Below the pieces are notes generated by a model that was not told the origin of the DNA, searched no databases, and worked only from the letters and a program-made list of their open reading frames with translations. This document shows, piece by piece, positions 1 to 11,914 of a stretch of DNA of 64,000 nt (positions are counted from its first letter, which is position 1; each line of letters opens with the position of its first letter). This DNA comes from a virus. Lineage: Duplodnaviria; Caudoviricetes. The translations under genes were made by a program, and so were the position numbers. The stretch spans positions 1-64,000 of the IMG/VR virus record IMGVR_UViG_2728369562_000003; one strand, 5' to 3'.

Positions 1-621
1 TTATGCCTTTTTTTCTTGATGCAATTCTTCGATAATCTGGGCAATTCTGTCTTTTGTAATGAGAGGGGCTTGATCTGATTGATACCCGGGCAGATTGACT
101 TTGCGAAAATCAGGATGTTTTTTCGGCTCTGGAAGGATCGCATAAAGATTGCCCCATTCATACAGTGATTCAATTTCATGAGGGGATGTTAATTCTTCGT
201 GAAGCTTTTCACCTGGACGTTTGCCGACTTCTACTGCAGCCGGCCGCGGGAGCCCGTGCTGCGATGCATATTCTTCAAACCCGTGAATCAGTTCTTCAAG
301 TTTCAGTGATTCCATTTTAAAAATAAAGGTTTCTCCGCCTTTTGTAATAGCAGCTGATTGCAGTGTCAGTGTAGCCGCATCGTCTATTGACATGAAAAAT
401 CTGGTCATGTTCTTGTCTGTGATGGTCAGCGGTTCACCCTCCATCATTTGTTCAAATAAAATAGGGATGACCGAACCCCTTGAGCCGAGAACATTTCCGA
501 AGCGGACCGAACAAAACACGGTTCCTCTGTTTTGAACGTGGCGGTTTGCTTGATGAAACAGCTTTTCAGATAACAGCTTGGTGGCACCCATTGTGTTCAC
601 AGGAGATACAGCTTTATCTGT
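1..621 (-). pseudogene. ypqP: 3' half of spsM (ypqP), CapD-like sugar epimerase/dehydratase split by prophage integration; restored on excision
   Basis: Protein has VRFGNVLGSRGSV and RPGEKLHEEL CapD-family motifs; the frame extends upstream through TDKAVSPVNTMG into the att core. Confidence 0.93.
606..621 (-). other. attR core of SPbeta-type prophage (ACAGATAAAGCTGTAT on minus strand)
   Basis: atacagctttatctgt at 606-621, between ypqP and the integrase stop; matches the SPbeta att core as recalled. Confidence 0.85.
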
Positions 622-636
622 TTATCAAGATAATGA

Positions 637-2271
637 CTACAAATCTTTACTACTGACTGTTTCCCCGATTAGGAAGTTATATCTTAGAATAGGCGTAATT
701 TCAAATTGTGCAGGTATTGGGCCTTTTCTTTTTGCTGTCATTTTAACTATAACTTTCTGCAGCATAATTCTGAGCAGTTTGTTCTTTTCTTCTCTGTTTT
801 CAGATGACTCATATAGTTCAATTGCATTTTTTATGTTCTCTTTAAGTTGGTTGATATCAAGACCACCTTTAAAATCAACAAGGCCATTTATCTCGTCTTT
901 TGCTTTTTTTAGCTCTTGCAGCTCTTTGTCTAAGACTGATTTCCGCTGCAGGAATATTTCATCAGAGTAAATGCCACTTTCATATTTATCGAATATGAAA
1001 TTCAATTTGTTTTTTAACTCTTTTTCTCGCTGCTCAAACTGTTCATTCATTTGCTTTTTTGATCTGATATTGTTTTTGTTTTCATGAGACTGAATCACAC
1101 TACCAAGATGTTTCGTAAGGTCATTGTCATTTAGCGCCTGTAGATACTTTAAATAGTCTAGAATGGCTTCTTCAACATCATTGTATCGGACATTCATGCA
1201 CTTGTTATTGAGGCATCTGAGCACTTTAACGTGATATAAGCTTTCTGTACCGTTTTTATTTTGTCTCTTTCTTTTGGCTTCGTATTTTGACAATGGGCCA
1301 CCGCAATCTGCACAAATACATACTCCAGCCAATTCATTTAATTTATAATCTCTTCTATTTGGCAGCAAAGGTATTTTGTTTTCAATTTTTTTATTTGCCT
1401 CCTCGAATTGAACTTTATCAATTATAGGAGGGTGTGCGTCAGGTACAATTATTTGTTCATTCTCAGGTCTAATTGTTCTCTTGCCGTCTTTTTCTTTCTC
1501 TCTGACTTTATACTTAACAGTTCCTATATAAGCTTCATTTTCAAGAATGGCTTTTACAGTGAACCGATTCCATTTTTTCTTTCCGGCAGGGGAGGGGATT
1601 TGTAGATTGGTTAAGTGAGTCGCAATTGCGTTGTAACTGTAATCTTTTCCATTTAGACCGTTCAGGAATAAATCAAATATTAGTTCAACAACCTTTGCTT
1701 CATCCTCAACTGGATCTAACTTAGATGTCTTTTTGTTTAATTGGTATCCATAAGGCGCCAGTCCAGATATCCATTTCCCCTGTGCTGCATAAGTGTATTT
1801 AGCGCCTGTCATACGCTCCCTAGTCATTTCAAATTCTTCTCTAGCCATAAATAATTCAAAACGAATCTGACGCATGTCTACAGGGTTTCTAGGGTCATAA
1901 ACCTTATATGGTGTAATTATGATCAATCGTTTGCTTTGAAGAAGGTTAACAATCTGTCCTGCATCACTATAGCTACCGCGGCTAAGTCTCGTTATTTCTT
2001 TAACTGCAATTGCTTGATATTTGCCTTCCTCAAGATCTTTAAGACATTCTTTAAAAACAGGGCGCCCCTCAATGCTTTCTCCTGATCCAATCTCCATTTT
2101 TAATTCATATGGGATTTCAATGGCTGTAAGTATTTTATTCATGAGTTCTTTTTGTTCTGTGAGTGTGTCTTCACCTGTTCTTTTTTCTCGTTCCATGTCC
2201 TGACGAGAACGTCTAAGATAACCTAAAATATTTGTGATGTTGTAAGAATTGACAATATTTTTCAACTCCAA
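637..2271 (-). CDS. sprA: Large serine recombinase (integrase) SprA/YokA
   Basis: YLRRSR catalytic Ser motif, RLSR, recombinase and Zn-ribbon (CADC..C) domains; adjacent to att. Confidence 0.95.
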   Translation of the reverse strand: MELKNIVNSYNITNILGYLRRSRQDMEREKRTGEDTLTEQKELMNKILTAIEIPYELKMEIGSGESIEGRPVFKECLKDLEEGKYQAIAVKEITRLSRGSYSDAGQIVNLLQSKRLIIITPYKVYDPRNPVDMRQIRFELFMAREEFEMTRERMTGAKYTYAAQGKWISGLAPYGYQLNKKTSKLDPVEDEAKVVELIFDLFLNGLNGKDYSYNAIATHLTNLQIPSPAGKKKWNRFTVKAILENEAYIGTVKYKVREKEKDGKRTIRPENEQIIVPDAHPPIIDKVQFEEANKKIENKIPLLPNRRDYKLNELAGVCICADCGGPLSKYEAKRKRQNKNGTESLYHVKVLRCLNNKCMNVRYNDVEEAILDYLKYLQALNDNDLTKHLGSVIQSHENKNNIRSKKQMNEQFEQREKELKNKLNFIFDKYESGIYSDEIFLQRKSVLDKELQELKKAKDEINGLVDFKGGLDINQLKENIKNAIELYESSENREEKNKLLRIMLQKVIVKMTAKRKGPIPAQFEITPILRYNFLIGETVSSKDL

Positions 2272-2474
2272 AAATTTAGCACCTCTTTATTGTGTTTAAT
2301 GTCAAAACAGAAGTATCTGTAAAAACATTCTATCTAACATTGAATACGAAAACAACAAAATAATTTGAAAGATTTGTATTCTTTAAATATAGATCTATCT
2401 AGTTTTTAGATTTCGGTATATGTGTTATGAAATCTTAGATTAAATTAACCTTGTCTTTAATAGACCAAGGTTTT

Positions 2475-2906
2475 TGTCCATTCACCGAAGTTCCTACGCA
2501 TCTATTTAATGAGTGGAGTTCATCGTGAGAGTGTGTCCATTTTTGAGATTACCCTTGCAGTTATTAATGATGGCTGTAAAAGTTTTTATCAGGATGTCGC
2601 AAAAACGAATACACTTATGGGGTTTTACTTGTGAAGCACGAAAACTTAACTAAAAAGTGTCCATTTTTAAAAGTTTATACGCAGTTATTTTATGAAAAGG
2701 TTGTGCCATTCTGGAGGTCGATACGCAGTTATATATGACAGAAGAAATTTGCGCGACATTTATTCGACGTGCATATTATCAGTTGCGAGAAATTTTTTAA
2801 TTCGATGTCGCAAAATGACCGTTACTGTACCCATTTTAATAAGTTTAGGTAGAAGTTCAAATGAATAGTTGTCCTTCTTGGAAAGTCTATACGCAACTTA
2901 TAATGA
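2475..2906. repeat. Five to six degenerate ~36-bp direct repeats GTCCATT-N12-TACGCA-GTTAT..ATGA
   Basis: Copies start at about 2476, 2535, 2659, 2703, 2871, plus a weaker one at about 2829; fixed spacing between conserved blocks. Confidence 0.75.
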
Positions 2907-3138
2907 CGGAAAATTTTTTCGCTGAATTGTGCGGTTAGCAAAAGTCGCGGGTATTATCTATTGAAGGATATATGAGAGGGGATGAATCCTGACTATGAGT
3001 AGTATTTGGATAAAACAAGGTTCTTTTAAAACCTTGTTAAATATCTCAACTAACTATCTATAATGCTTGTGAGTAAGAGTGCACACCCTTGCTTAACCCT
3101 CAATAAAAATCTAATGAAAATTATAGGAGGAAAGAATA

Positions 3139-3375
3139 ATGGATCAAACACAAATCGCTATGTTATCACTAATCATCGCTACTATTGGTGAGATCAAAGA
3201 TCTATCAATTGCTATGTTTCCTAAATTATTTCCAGCCATCGGAACATTTTTGCTGAACCTGAACATTAATGTATGGGTAATAATCCTTCTACTGCTCATT
3301 ATTGCTGGACAACAAATTTTTATTTTTGCTATTAGAAAGAAATTAAGATTTATATACATAATTATTAGGGGGTGA
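3139..3375 (+). CDS. Small hydrophobic membrane protein (78 aa)
   Basis: AGGAGG RBS; hydrophobic helices; basic C-terminus. Confidence 0.65.
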   Translation: MDQTQIAMLSLIIATIGEIKDLSIAMFPKLFPAIGTFLLNLNINVWVIILLLLIIAGQQIFIFAIRKKLRFIYIIIRG

Positions 3376-3481
3376 ATCTAAATAAAATGGGAATTTTATT
3401 TTAACCTAAAAGCTGCTTGAATACATCGCAAATATAAAGTATCCTGTAGATGTATCATAGTTGGTATATCAGCCACTATAG

Positions 3482-3516
3482 GCCAGAGAGTTCCCTCACA
3501 TACTCTCTGGCTTTTC
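3482..3516 (+). terminator. Intrinsic terminator
   Basis: GCCAGAGAG...CTCTCTGGC followed by TTTT. Confidence 0.6.
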
Positions 3517-3712
3517 TTCTAAGATAAGCCTCAAGTAGGATGGTATCACCGTCTGTTTTATTTTCATGGATGAATATTAACTAAATACACGGTATTGACT
3601 ATCATTAGCCAATTAACTAAAAACCAACTACAAAGAAAATTCCACGGTAATAAGAACCTTAAGCATACATATATAATTCAATATAGCTTGGTAATAAGAG
3701 AGGGGACGTAAC

Positions 3713-3814
3713 ATGATTAAAGGTATTAAAATAACATTGTGGAGCATTTTAGCTATATTCATTGTATTAGCAATAATAGGAGTTGTATCTTATTATCAAA
3801 CCCCATCATCTTAA
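3713..3814 (+). CDS. Single-TM micropeptide (33 aa, MIKGIKITLWSILAIFIVLAIIGVVSYYQTPSS)
   Basis: Translated by hand; GAGAGGGG RBS; below the ORF-track cutoff. Confidence 0.5.
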   Translation: MIKGIKITLWSILAIFIVLAIIGVVSYYQTPSS

Positions 3815-3856
3815 AAAACTGCCCATTAAAAGGTTGTTTAAAAGCAGGAGGAAAAC

Positions 3857-4042
3857 TTGCGTATTAAGTATTCGGTTATTTCATTGCTTTTAAGTCTTTT
3901 TCCTTTTTTGCTTCAAGTGTTTGACCGCCTCAAAGATGTCATTTTGGTTGCTTCAACAGTGGATACAGAGGAAAGTACGATTGGTCAAATTCTTCTTACT
4001 CGCAAAGTCTTCACCCCTATCATTTTTTTGTTTTTAGCATAG
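3857..4042 (+). CDS. Small membrane protein, possibly a remnant
   Basis: AGGAGG RBS, TTG start, hydrophobic ends. Confidence 0.45.
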   Translation: MRIKYSVISLLLSLFPFLLQVFDRLKDVILVASTVDTEESTIGQILLTRKVFTPIIFLFLA

Positions 4043-4106
4043 TTTTCTATTACAGTCTCCCAAAAGAGGAATAGAAAAGAGATCATGTTGATTTAATGCT
4101 AAGTAA

Positions 4107-5924
<1,818 letters not shown>

Positions 5925-5932
5925 GTGCAGAC

Positions 5933-6430
5933 TTGAGCATTGATATGTTAATCAAGAAGATTGCTTCCACATCAGACTGTCGGCTGTTTGAAGCTGATGG
6001 TCTCCCAGTAATAGACGAGAAGCATCAACTACCAAAAGATATTAGTGAATTTTATGAACAATGTGGTGGAGCAGTTTTATATGAAAATGCGGATTATCCA
6101 ATATACATAGTACGACCAGCTGAGTTTGAATTGGCTAATCCCATTATTGTTGGGGAACTCTGTGAAGAAGACATTTCATCCGAGTGGTATATTGTTTGCA
6201 CGGATGGGAAAGGAGAATACCTAACAATTGACTTAAACGAAGAACGAAAAGGAAAATGCTATGACAGCTTTTTTGATCGACATGGAATAGTTGGTGAAAC
6301 ACAGGTGATAGCAAGTTCATTTACAGATTTAATACAGCGACTGCTTGAGAATAAGGGTAAACATTGGTATTGGTTAAGGGATGATTATATATCACTAGGC
6401 GATGCATATGATGGCGTAGAAATTGAATAA
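5933..6430 (+). CDS. yokJ: SMI1/KNR4 (SUKH) cognate immunity protein YokJ
   Basis: LPKDISEFY..GG and IASSFTDLI SUKH motifs; directly after the toxin; 165 aa. Confidence 0.88.
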   Translation: MSIDMLIKKIASTSDCRLFEADGLPVIDEKHQLPKDISEFYEQCGGAVLYENADYPIYIVRPAEFELANPIIVGELCEEDISSEWYIVCTDGKGEYLTIDLNEERKGKCYDSFFDRHGIVGETQVIASSFTDLIQRLLENKGKHWYWLRDDYISLGDAYDGVEIE

Positions 6431-6492
6431 TCTAATAAACAAAAGCATTGCAATTGTTCATTGCTAAAGATGTGCAATGCGGAGGGATTAAA

Positions 6493-7089
6493 ATGAGCTT
6501 CACTAAGATCGAACAAAAGTTGAAAGAGTTTACGATTGATGCTGGCACATATCCTAGCATTAATACAAATGAACAACTCAAAGAGCTTGAAATGAACATA
6601 GGCAATCAATTACCTTCAGATTATAAGGACTTTTTGAAGAAATATGGAGGATGTTGTTTAGAAAGTAAAAAAACAACAGATGAGACTGAGTATGACGTTT
6701 GCTATAAACCTATAGAGAAAGCCCCTTGGATGGGTAAGGACGATGATACGCAATTGTTAGTGGATTTTTACGGTTTAGCGAACGATCATAGCAGTATTCA
6801 AAAAGCGATCGATACATATTCTGATCGTTTTCCTAGAAATATAATTCCTATTGCAAGCTCTGCAGGCGGGAATGAAATATGCATGGATATCGATAATGGA
6901 AAGATATTGTTTTGGGATCATGAATTAAGTCATCCCGACAAAGACTTTTTCTTAATTGCCAATTCGTTTGAGGAGTTTGTCTTCAGTTTAGTTGATGAAC
7001 CAATTGAAACTGATGATAATGTTAGCGATGTTGAAATTGAGATTTTGGACAATGATTTTGGAAAGTTGCTCTTTGGGAAGGACAACTAG
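6493..7089 (+). CDS. yokK: SMI1/KNR4 immunity protein (YokK-like)
   Basis: LPSDYKDFLKKYGG, GGNEICMD, IANSFEEF motifs; GGAGGG RBS before ATG 6493. Confidence 0.75.
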   Translation: MSFTKIEQKLKEFTIDAGTYPSINTNEQLKELEMNIGNQLPSDYKDFLKKYGGCCLESKKTTDETEYDVCYKPIEKAPWMGKDDDTQLLVDFYGLANDHSSIQKAIDTYSDRFPRNIIPIASSAGGNEICMDIDNGKILFWDHELSHPDKDFFLIANSFEEFVFSLVDEPIETDDNVSDVEIEILDNDFGKLLFGKDN

Positions 7090-7201
7090 GGGATTAAATA
7101 GCCACCAGTTAAACTGGTGGTTTATTTACATACTCTAAATGTTTAATGTAAGAAAGGGAAGCATAGCGAAACAATTTGAGAATGAGAAATAAGGTGTTTA
7201 T

Positions 7202-7660
7202 ATGATTTATTCGAAGGTTGAGAACTTTATTAATGAAAACAAACAACATGCTATATTTACAGAAGGCGCAAGTCATGAAAACATTGGTCGCATTGAAGAA
7301 AACCTCCAATGCGATCTTCCCAACAGTTATAAATGGTTTTTAGAAAAATACGGTGCTGGTGGTTTATTCGGTGTTTTAGTTTTAGGCTACAACTTTGATC
7401 ATGCATCAGTTGTAAAAAGAACTAATGAATATAAAGAACACTATGGCCTTACTGATGGACTTGTGGTTATTGAAGATGTTGATTACTTTGCTTACTGTCT
7501 AGATACGAATAAAATGAAAGACGGAGAATGCCCTGTAGTTGAATGGGATAGGGTAATTGGTTATCAAGATACTGTTGCAGATAGCTTTATTGAATTTTTT
7601 TATAATAAGATTCAGGAAGCGAAAGATGACTGGGATGAGGATGAAGACTGGGACGATTAA
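7202..7660 (+). CDS. yobK: SMI1/KNR4 immunity protein, YobK-like (orphan)
   Basis: [13 protein letters not shown] and ADSFIEF motifs; 152 aa, closely resembling YobK as recalled. Confidence 0.75.
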   Translation: MIYSKVENFINENKQHAIFTEGASHENIGRIEENLQCDLPNSYKWFLEKYGAGGLFGVLVLGYNFDHASVVKRTNEYKEHYGLTDGLVVIEDVDYFAYCLDTNKMKDGECPVVEWDRVIGYQDTVADSFIEFFYNKIQEAKDDWDEDEDWDD

Positions 7661-7768
7661 GCAAAAGTGTTACAAATAAGACCGAAACTTATTGAATCTG
7701 AGCTCATATGATATATATTAAGGTATCAAGGTCATTGATGGCATGATACTGAAAAAGGAGTGAGGTTC

Positions 7769-7876
7769 ATGGGAGGATTTTATTTCTTTGGTGGTTTGCT
7801 TTTAACTTTTTTGTTAGGTGTTGGCTTATTATCTCTTGGTGCTTATATACTTTGGAAACTCACAAAGATGCGCTAA
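7769..7876 (+). CDS. Single-TM micropeptide (35 aa, MGGFYFFGGLLLTFLLGVGLLSLGAYILWKLTKMR)
   Basis: AAGGAGTGAGG RBS; translated by hand. Confidence 0.55.
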   Translation: MGGFYFFGGLLLTFLLGVGLLSLGAYILWKLTKMR

Positions 7877-8119
7877 GTTTGATGGAGGCTCGCTTTTGAT
7901 TTAAAATAACTGTTTCCTTAATCTCACTTTTTGAAAGTTGTTATGCCTGAGTAGCTGTACTGTGGGCTTAGTTGAAGATAAGGCTGCTGATACGATTAAC
8001 ACAATACCAAAGTATTGTTGCTTGTGGAACCTAAATCCTCAATCTAAATAAAATAATGGTTTTAACCACAAAGCAATAGTATTGCAAATACCATTTTTAT
8101 ATGGTTATAATTAGGATGA

Positions 8120-8304
8120 AGATTATACTTTTTAAAGTATAAAAAATGCATTTGCTTAACAAGAAATGCATAAAATAAAAAGACCAGGGTGCTACCAACA
8201 CCCCGGCTCTGTACAAAAAGCTGCCCATCAAAGGGCTTGCTCGATGTGGTTTCTTGGTAGACCTATCCCTTCAGGTTCTGACGCTCAAGGGAGGTCTATT
8301 TTTT
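8120..8304 (+). ncRNA. SR5-like antisense antitoxin RNA (ends approximate)
   Basis: TTGCAA..TATAAT promoter at about 8083-8112; terminator AGACC..CCCTT..AAGGGAGGTCT-T6; convergent overlap with the toxin 3' end. Confidence 0.65.
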
Positions 8305-8379
8305 ATTTATATACGTCAACAGGGCAATTATAAACGACCCGAATGCAAGCATCAGCATTAATGCCTGAAATGTTGACAT
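8296..8379 (-). CDS. bsrE: Type I toxin, BsrE-like (MSTFQALMLMLAFGSFIIALLTYINKK)
   Basis: Translated by hand; near-identical to BsrE as recalled; GGGGGTGA RBS. Confidence 0.85.
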   Translation of the reverse strand: MSTFQALMLMLAFGSFIIALLTYINKK

Positions 8380-8540
8380 AGCATCACCCCCTTTCATTAG
8401 GGGATGAGCAAGACTCCCTTGAGTGAGCAAACTAAATGTACAGGAAATATTATACTATACATAAATGCCCTTGTCGTTGAAAATTCACAATAAATTGACA
8501 ATATGAAAAGTATTTCTTATCCATTTCGGAATTTTACATA

Positions 8541-8567
8541 TTTAAAATTCTTTTCCATAGCCGATAT
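8541..8567 (+). promoter_or_regulatory. sigmaD-like promoter (TTTA-N15-GCCGATAT)
   Basis: Perfect sigmaD -10 box about 75 bp upstream of the PIN gene. Confidence 0.55.
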
Positions 8568-8643
8568 TTAATTTATGTAAAAATATAAAATTATATAAAT
8601 TTGTAGATGACTTTCATATATTTAAATTAGAGGAGAAGTAAAC

Positions 8644-10128
8644 ATGAAAATTAACACATACGAGGAATTTAAAGATTTTATTGAACAAGAGGATCCATTA
8701 ATTGTTATTGACAGTAGCGTTTTTTTAGATTATTACAGATATAGTTCTCAAACGTCAAAAGAAATTTTGGAAGTGCTAGAATCTGTAAAAGATAATATTT
8801 GGATACCTCACCAAGTCTATTATGAATTTATTAAAAACCATAAAAAGGTGAAAAAAGAACAACATAATAAATATAAAAACATATTAAAAGATATCAATAA
8901 ATATACCGATGAATTTAATCATAAATTAACAAAGTTGTTTAATAAGTATGGGAAGTATGATTTTCCTAAAATTAATGAACTAAAAAATAAAATAAATTCT
9001 TGTTTTGATAAAAGTCAAATAACTGAAGCTGTCAAAACCTATCATGAAGAAATAGAAAATGAGCTAAGAGAAAATCAAGTATTAATGAATAAAAATGAGA
9101 TATATGATTTTATTAATAACTTGAAAACGTCTAATAAAGTAGGCGATTCCTTTTCCGGTAATCGCATTTTAGAAATAATTGAAGAAGGAATTAGAAGATT
9201 TCAGTATAATATTCCTCCAGGATACAAGGATGACGGTAAAAAGACCGAAGAAAATGGAAGTACGGATCCGAAAAGACCTTATGGCGATTTAATTATTTGG
9301 AAATCAATTTTAGATGTAGCAAAAGAAGATGGGGTTTCTGTAGTGTTTACTACTTCGGACAGTAAAGAGGATTGGTGGGCCTTAGATGAAAGTAAAAACA
9401 TATTACACCCACGTGAAGAGTTGATTTCAGAATTTAAAGATTTTGTGGAAAATAAAACTCATCTGATGATGTTGCCCATGAAAGAATTTACAGAGTATTT
9501 TTCTAGATTGAAACAAACAACATATTTATACGCACAGGTTGAATTAAATGCATTAAACATAATAAAAAATCAAATAAGCTATTCTACGGACGAGATAATT
9601 TCTAGTTTGATTCATGATGGTGAATTACAATGGTTCATGCAAAACGGTTTACTAGAAGATGTTGAAGATTTTGAAATAAATGATGTTACATTATATGATA
9701 ATAATATAGATTTTGATGAAGATAAGGCAAGTATCATAGGTATCCTTACGTTGAAAGGGTCAGCAATAATTACAGAGGCATTCGGAACTGAATATTCCGA
9801 GGGTTCAGCTTATGACTTGGAAATTAGTGCAGAATTTTCGATAGAGTTAGAATTAAACATAGAAGACAAAAATTATGAGGTAGATAACTTCGAGTTGGAC
9901 AATATTAAAGTACACTATGCAGCACCGCAAGAAGACATATTCGATGATGAACAATGTGTTATTTGTGAAAGAAGATCAGGAGCCTTAAATTTATTTCCGA
10001 ACAGCCCCATTTGCTCTGAATGTTCAACAAGTGGAGATTATTTTATATGTACTAACTGTAGCACAGTATATAAAAATGAAGATTACAACGGAGATGGTGA
10101 GTATTGCCAAAATTGTATTGAGAATTAG
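8644..10128 (+). CDS. PIN-domain (DUF4935/PIN_8-like) nuclease with acidic middle region and C-terminal Cys-rich zinc finger
   Basis: IVIDSSVFLD, WIPHQVYYEF, PPGYKD, YGDLIIW, TSDSKEDWW motifs; four CxxC pairs at the C-terminus. Confidence 0.8.
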   Translation: MKINTYEEFKDFIEQEDPLIVIDSSVFLDYYRYSSQTSKEILEVLESVKDNIWIPHQVYYEFIKNHKKVKKEQHNKYKNILKDINKYTDEFNHKLTKLFNKYGKYDFPKINELKNKINSCFDKSQITEAVKTYHEEIENELRENQVLMNKNEIYDFINNLKTSNKVGDSFSGNRILEIIEEGIRRFQYNIPPGYKDDGKKTEENGSTDPKRPYGDLIIWKSILDVAKEDGVSVVFTTSDSKEDWWALDESKNILHPREELISEFKDFVENKTHLMMLPMKEFTEYFSRLKQTTYLYAQVELNALNIIKNQISYSTDEIISSLIHDGELQWFMQNGLLEDVEDFEINDVTLYDNNIDFDEDKASIIGILTLKGSAIITEAFGTEYSEGSAYDLEISAEFSIELELNIEDKNYEVDNFELDNIKVHYAAPQEDIFDDEQCVICERRSGALNLFPNSPICSECSTSGDYFICTNCSTVYKNEDYNGDGEYCQNCIEN

Positions 10129-10138
10129 ATTAAGTTCA

Positions 10139-10168
10139 GAAAGCCTTCTTTAATATGAAGGCTTTTTA
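10139..10168 (+). terminator. Intrinsic terminator after the PIN gene
   Basis: AAAGCCTTC..GAAGGCTTTTT. Confidence 0.7.
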
Positions 10169-10216
10169 TCATGCCTTACATTAGCCATGGACATATTTTA
10201 TTACCAACATTTACAT

Positions 10217-10260
10217 CGAACTTTTGTTCTGGTTTATCTTGAATAAAGAACGTTTGTTCT
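10217..10260 (+). promoter_or_regulatory. Two LexA (DinR) SOS boxes
   Basis: CGAACTTTTGTTCT 10217-10230 and AGAACGTTTGTTCT 10247-10260 upstream of yolD-uvrX. Confidence 0.85.
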
Positions 10261-10293
10261 GTTAATATTAGATCAATAAAGGAGTGAGTCGAT

Positions 10294-10626
10294 ATGCTTA
10301 GGGATCGAGGAACAATCAAATGGACATCAATGATGCTTCCAGAACATTTGACACAGCTTAAACAAGATTTGATTGATGTATCAAAAATTGAAAAGCCATC
10401 CTTAGATGACCAACAAATTGAAGAGATGGATCTTCTCGTCTCTGAGGCACTTGAATTTAATAAAGAGTTGAAATTCAAACTCTTTAACAATGGGTTCGTT
10501 CAAAATGTTGCCGGCAGAGTCCATTACATTAATTTTGAACAACAAAAGCTACACGTAAAAGACCAGAACGACAATACAGTTTATATCAACATGAATAACA
10601 TCATAGGAGTTACATACAATGATTGA
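10294..10626 (+). CDS. yolD: YolD-family protein (UmuD-like partner)
   Basis: DRGTIKWTSMMLPEH signature. Confidence 0.92.
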   Translation: MLRDRGTIKWTSMMLPEHLTQLKQDLIDVSKIEKPSLDDQQIEEMDLLVSEALEFNKELKFKLFNNGFVQNVAGRVHYINFEQQKLHVKDQNDNTVYINMNNIIGVTYND

Positions 10627-11872
10627 TTACTCACAATTTCCACGTAAGAATATACTTTGTGTCGATATGAAATCCTTTTATGCTTCTGTATCGGCTGTAA
10701 CAATGGGGCTTAATCCTTTAACATGTTATCTTGCTGTTGTAGGAAATACGGAGAGACAGGGAAGTGTAGTGTTAGCTGCATCTCCTGCACTTAAAAAAGA
10801 TTTTGGAATAAAAACAGGATCGAGACTGTTCGAGATACCTGAAGATCCAAGAATACACATTGTAAATCCACAAATGAAGCTTTTCATCAGAGTTTCAACT
10901 GAGATTACAAAACTGTTTTACAGATTTGTTCCTGAAAAATGTGTCCATACGTATTCAATTGATGAATCTTTTTTAGATGCAGGAAAAGAAAATCCTGAAG
11001 AAATGGCCAAAGCCATTCAAAGCAGTATGTGGAGAGAATTTGGCCTAATGTGCACAGTAGGTATTGGAGATAATATGTTACTCAGTAAGCTTGCGCTTGA
11101 CCTGGAGAGTAAGAAAACGAAAAGTGGTATTGCACGTTGGAGATATGAAGAAGATGTGCCAAATAAACTCTGGAATGTTCATCCGTTGTCTAAAATGTGG
11201 GGAATAGGAGGGAGGATGGAAAGAAATCTGAATCGGATGGGGATATCGACTGTAGGTCAGTTAGCTAAATTTCCTTTAGAGCTGCTTGAAAAGAAGTTCG
11301 GAATAATGGGAAACCAGTTGTATTATCATGCTCACGGAATTGATTTATCAGAAATAGGTGCTCCATTAATGCAGGGTCAGATTAGTTTTGGTAAGAGTCA
11401 GATTTTACTGAGGGATTACACAAGGAGAGAAGAGATTAAAGCTGTTCTTCTAGAGATTTGTGAAGAAGTCGCAAGAAGGGCACGTGCACATAATAAAGTT
11501 GGCCGAACAATAAGTCTAGGAATTGGCTACAGTAAAGATGAGCTTGGTGGTGGATTTCATCGAGCAAAAACAATTGATCTTCCCACAAATATCACAATGG
11601 ATATTTATAGATGCTGCTTAATGCTCTTTAATAAGTTTTACTCGGGTAAAACAGTGAGAAGTATCTCAGTTACGTTATCAAATATTGAGGATGATGTTAA
11701 TCAGCAGCTGAGTTTATTTGAGGTGGATAATGAAAAGAGAAGGAAACTCGGATTTGTGATGGATGGGATTAGAAGCAAATACGGCTCTAAAGCGATTCTG
11801 AGAGCAGTTTCTTATACACCTGCTGGTACTGCTCTTCACAGAGCTGGGCTAACTGGTGGGCATAAATCATAA
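10619..11872 (+). CDS. uvrX: Y-family translesion DNA polymerase UvrX
   Basis: VDMKSFYASV and YSIDESF motifs. Confidence 0.93.
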   Translation: MIDYSQFPRKNILCVDMKSFYASVSAVTMGLNPLTCYLAVVGNTERQGSVVLAASPALKKDFGIKTGSRLFEIPEDPRIHIVNPQMKLFIRVSTEITKLFYRFVPEKCVHTYSIDESFLDAGKENPEEMAKAIQSSMWREFGLMCTVGIGDNMLLSKLALDLESKKTKSGIARWRYEEDVPNKLWNVHPLSKMWGIGGRMERNLNRMGISTVGQLAKFPLELLEKKFGIMGNQLYYHAHGIDLSEIGAPLMQGQISFGKSQILLRDYTRREEIKAVLLEICEEVARRARAHNKVGRTISLGIGYSKDELGGGFHRAKTIDLPTNITMDIYRCCLMLFNKFYSGKTVRSISVTLSNIEDDVNQQLSLFEVDNEKRRKLGFVMDGIRSKYGSKAILRAVSYTPAGTALHRAGLTGGHKS

Positions 11873-11877
11873 AAATA

Positions 11878-11900
11878 GCCCCCTCAATTTGGAGGGGGTA
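11878..11900. terminator. Bidirectional terminator between uvrX and phr
   Basis: GCCCCCTC..GAGGGGGT hairpin between convergent genes. Confidence 0.6.
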
Positions 11901-11914
11901 TAAGAAAAACATAT

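Noticed and set aside
578-970. 130-aa plus-strand ORF spanning att
   Set aside because: Antisense shadow of sprA/ypqP; no RBS
2475-2906. CRISPR array
   Set aside because: Repeats are too degenerate, spacing is irregular (about 42-126 bp), they are not palindromic, and no cas genes are present
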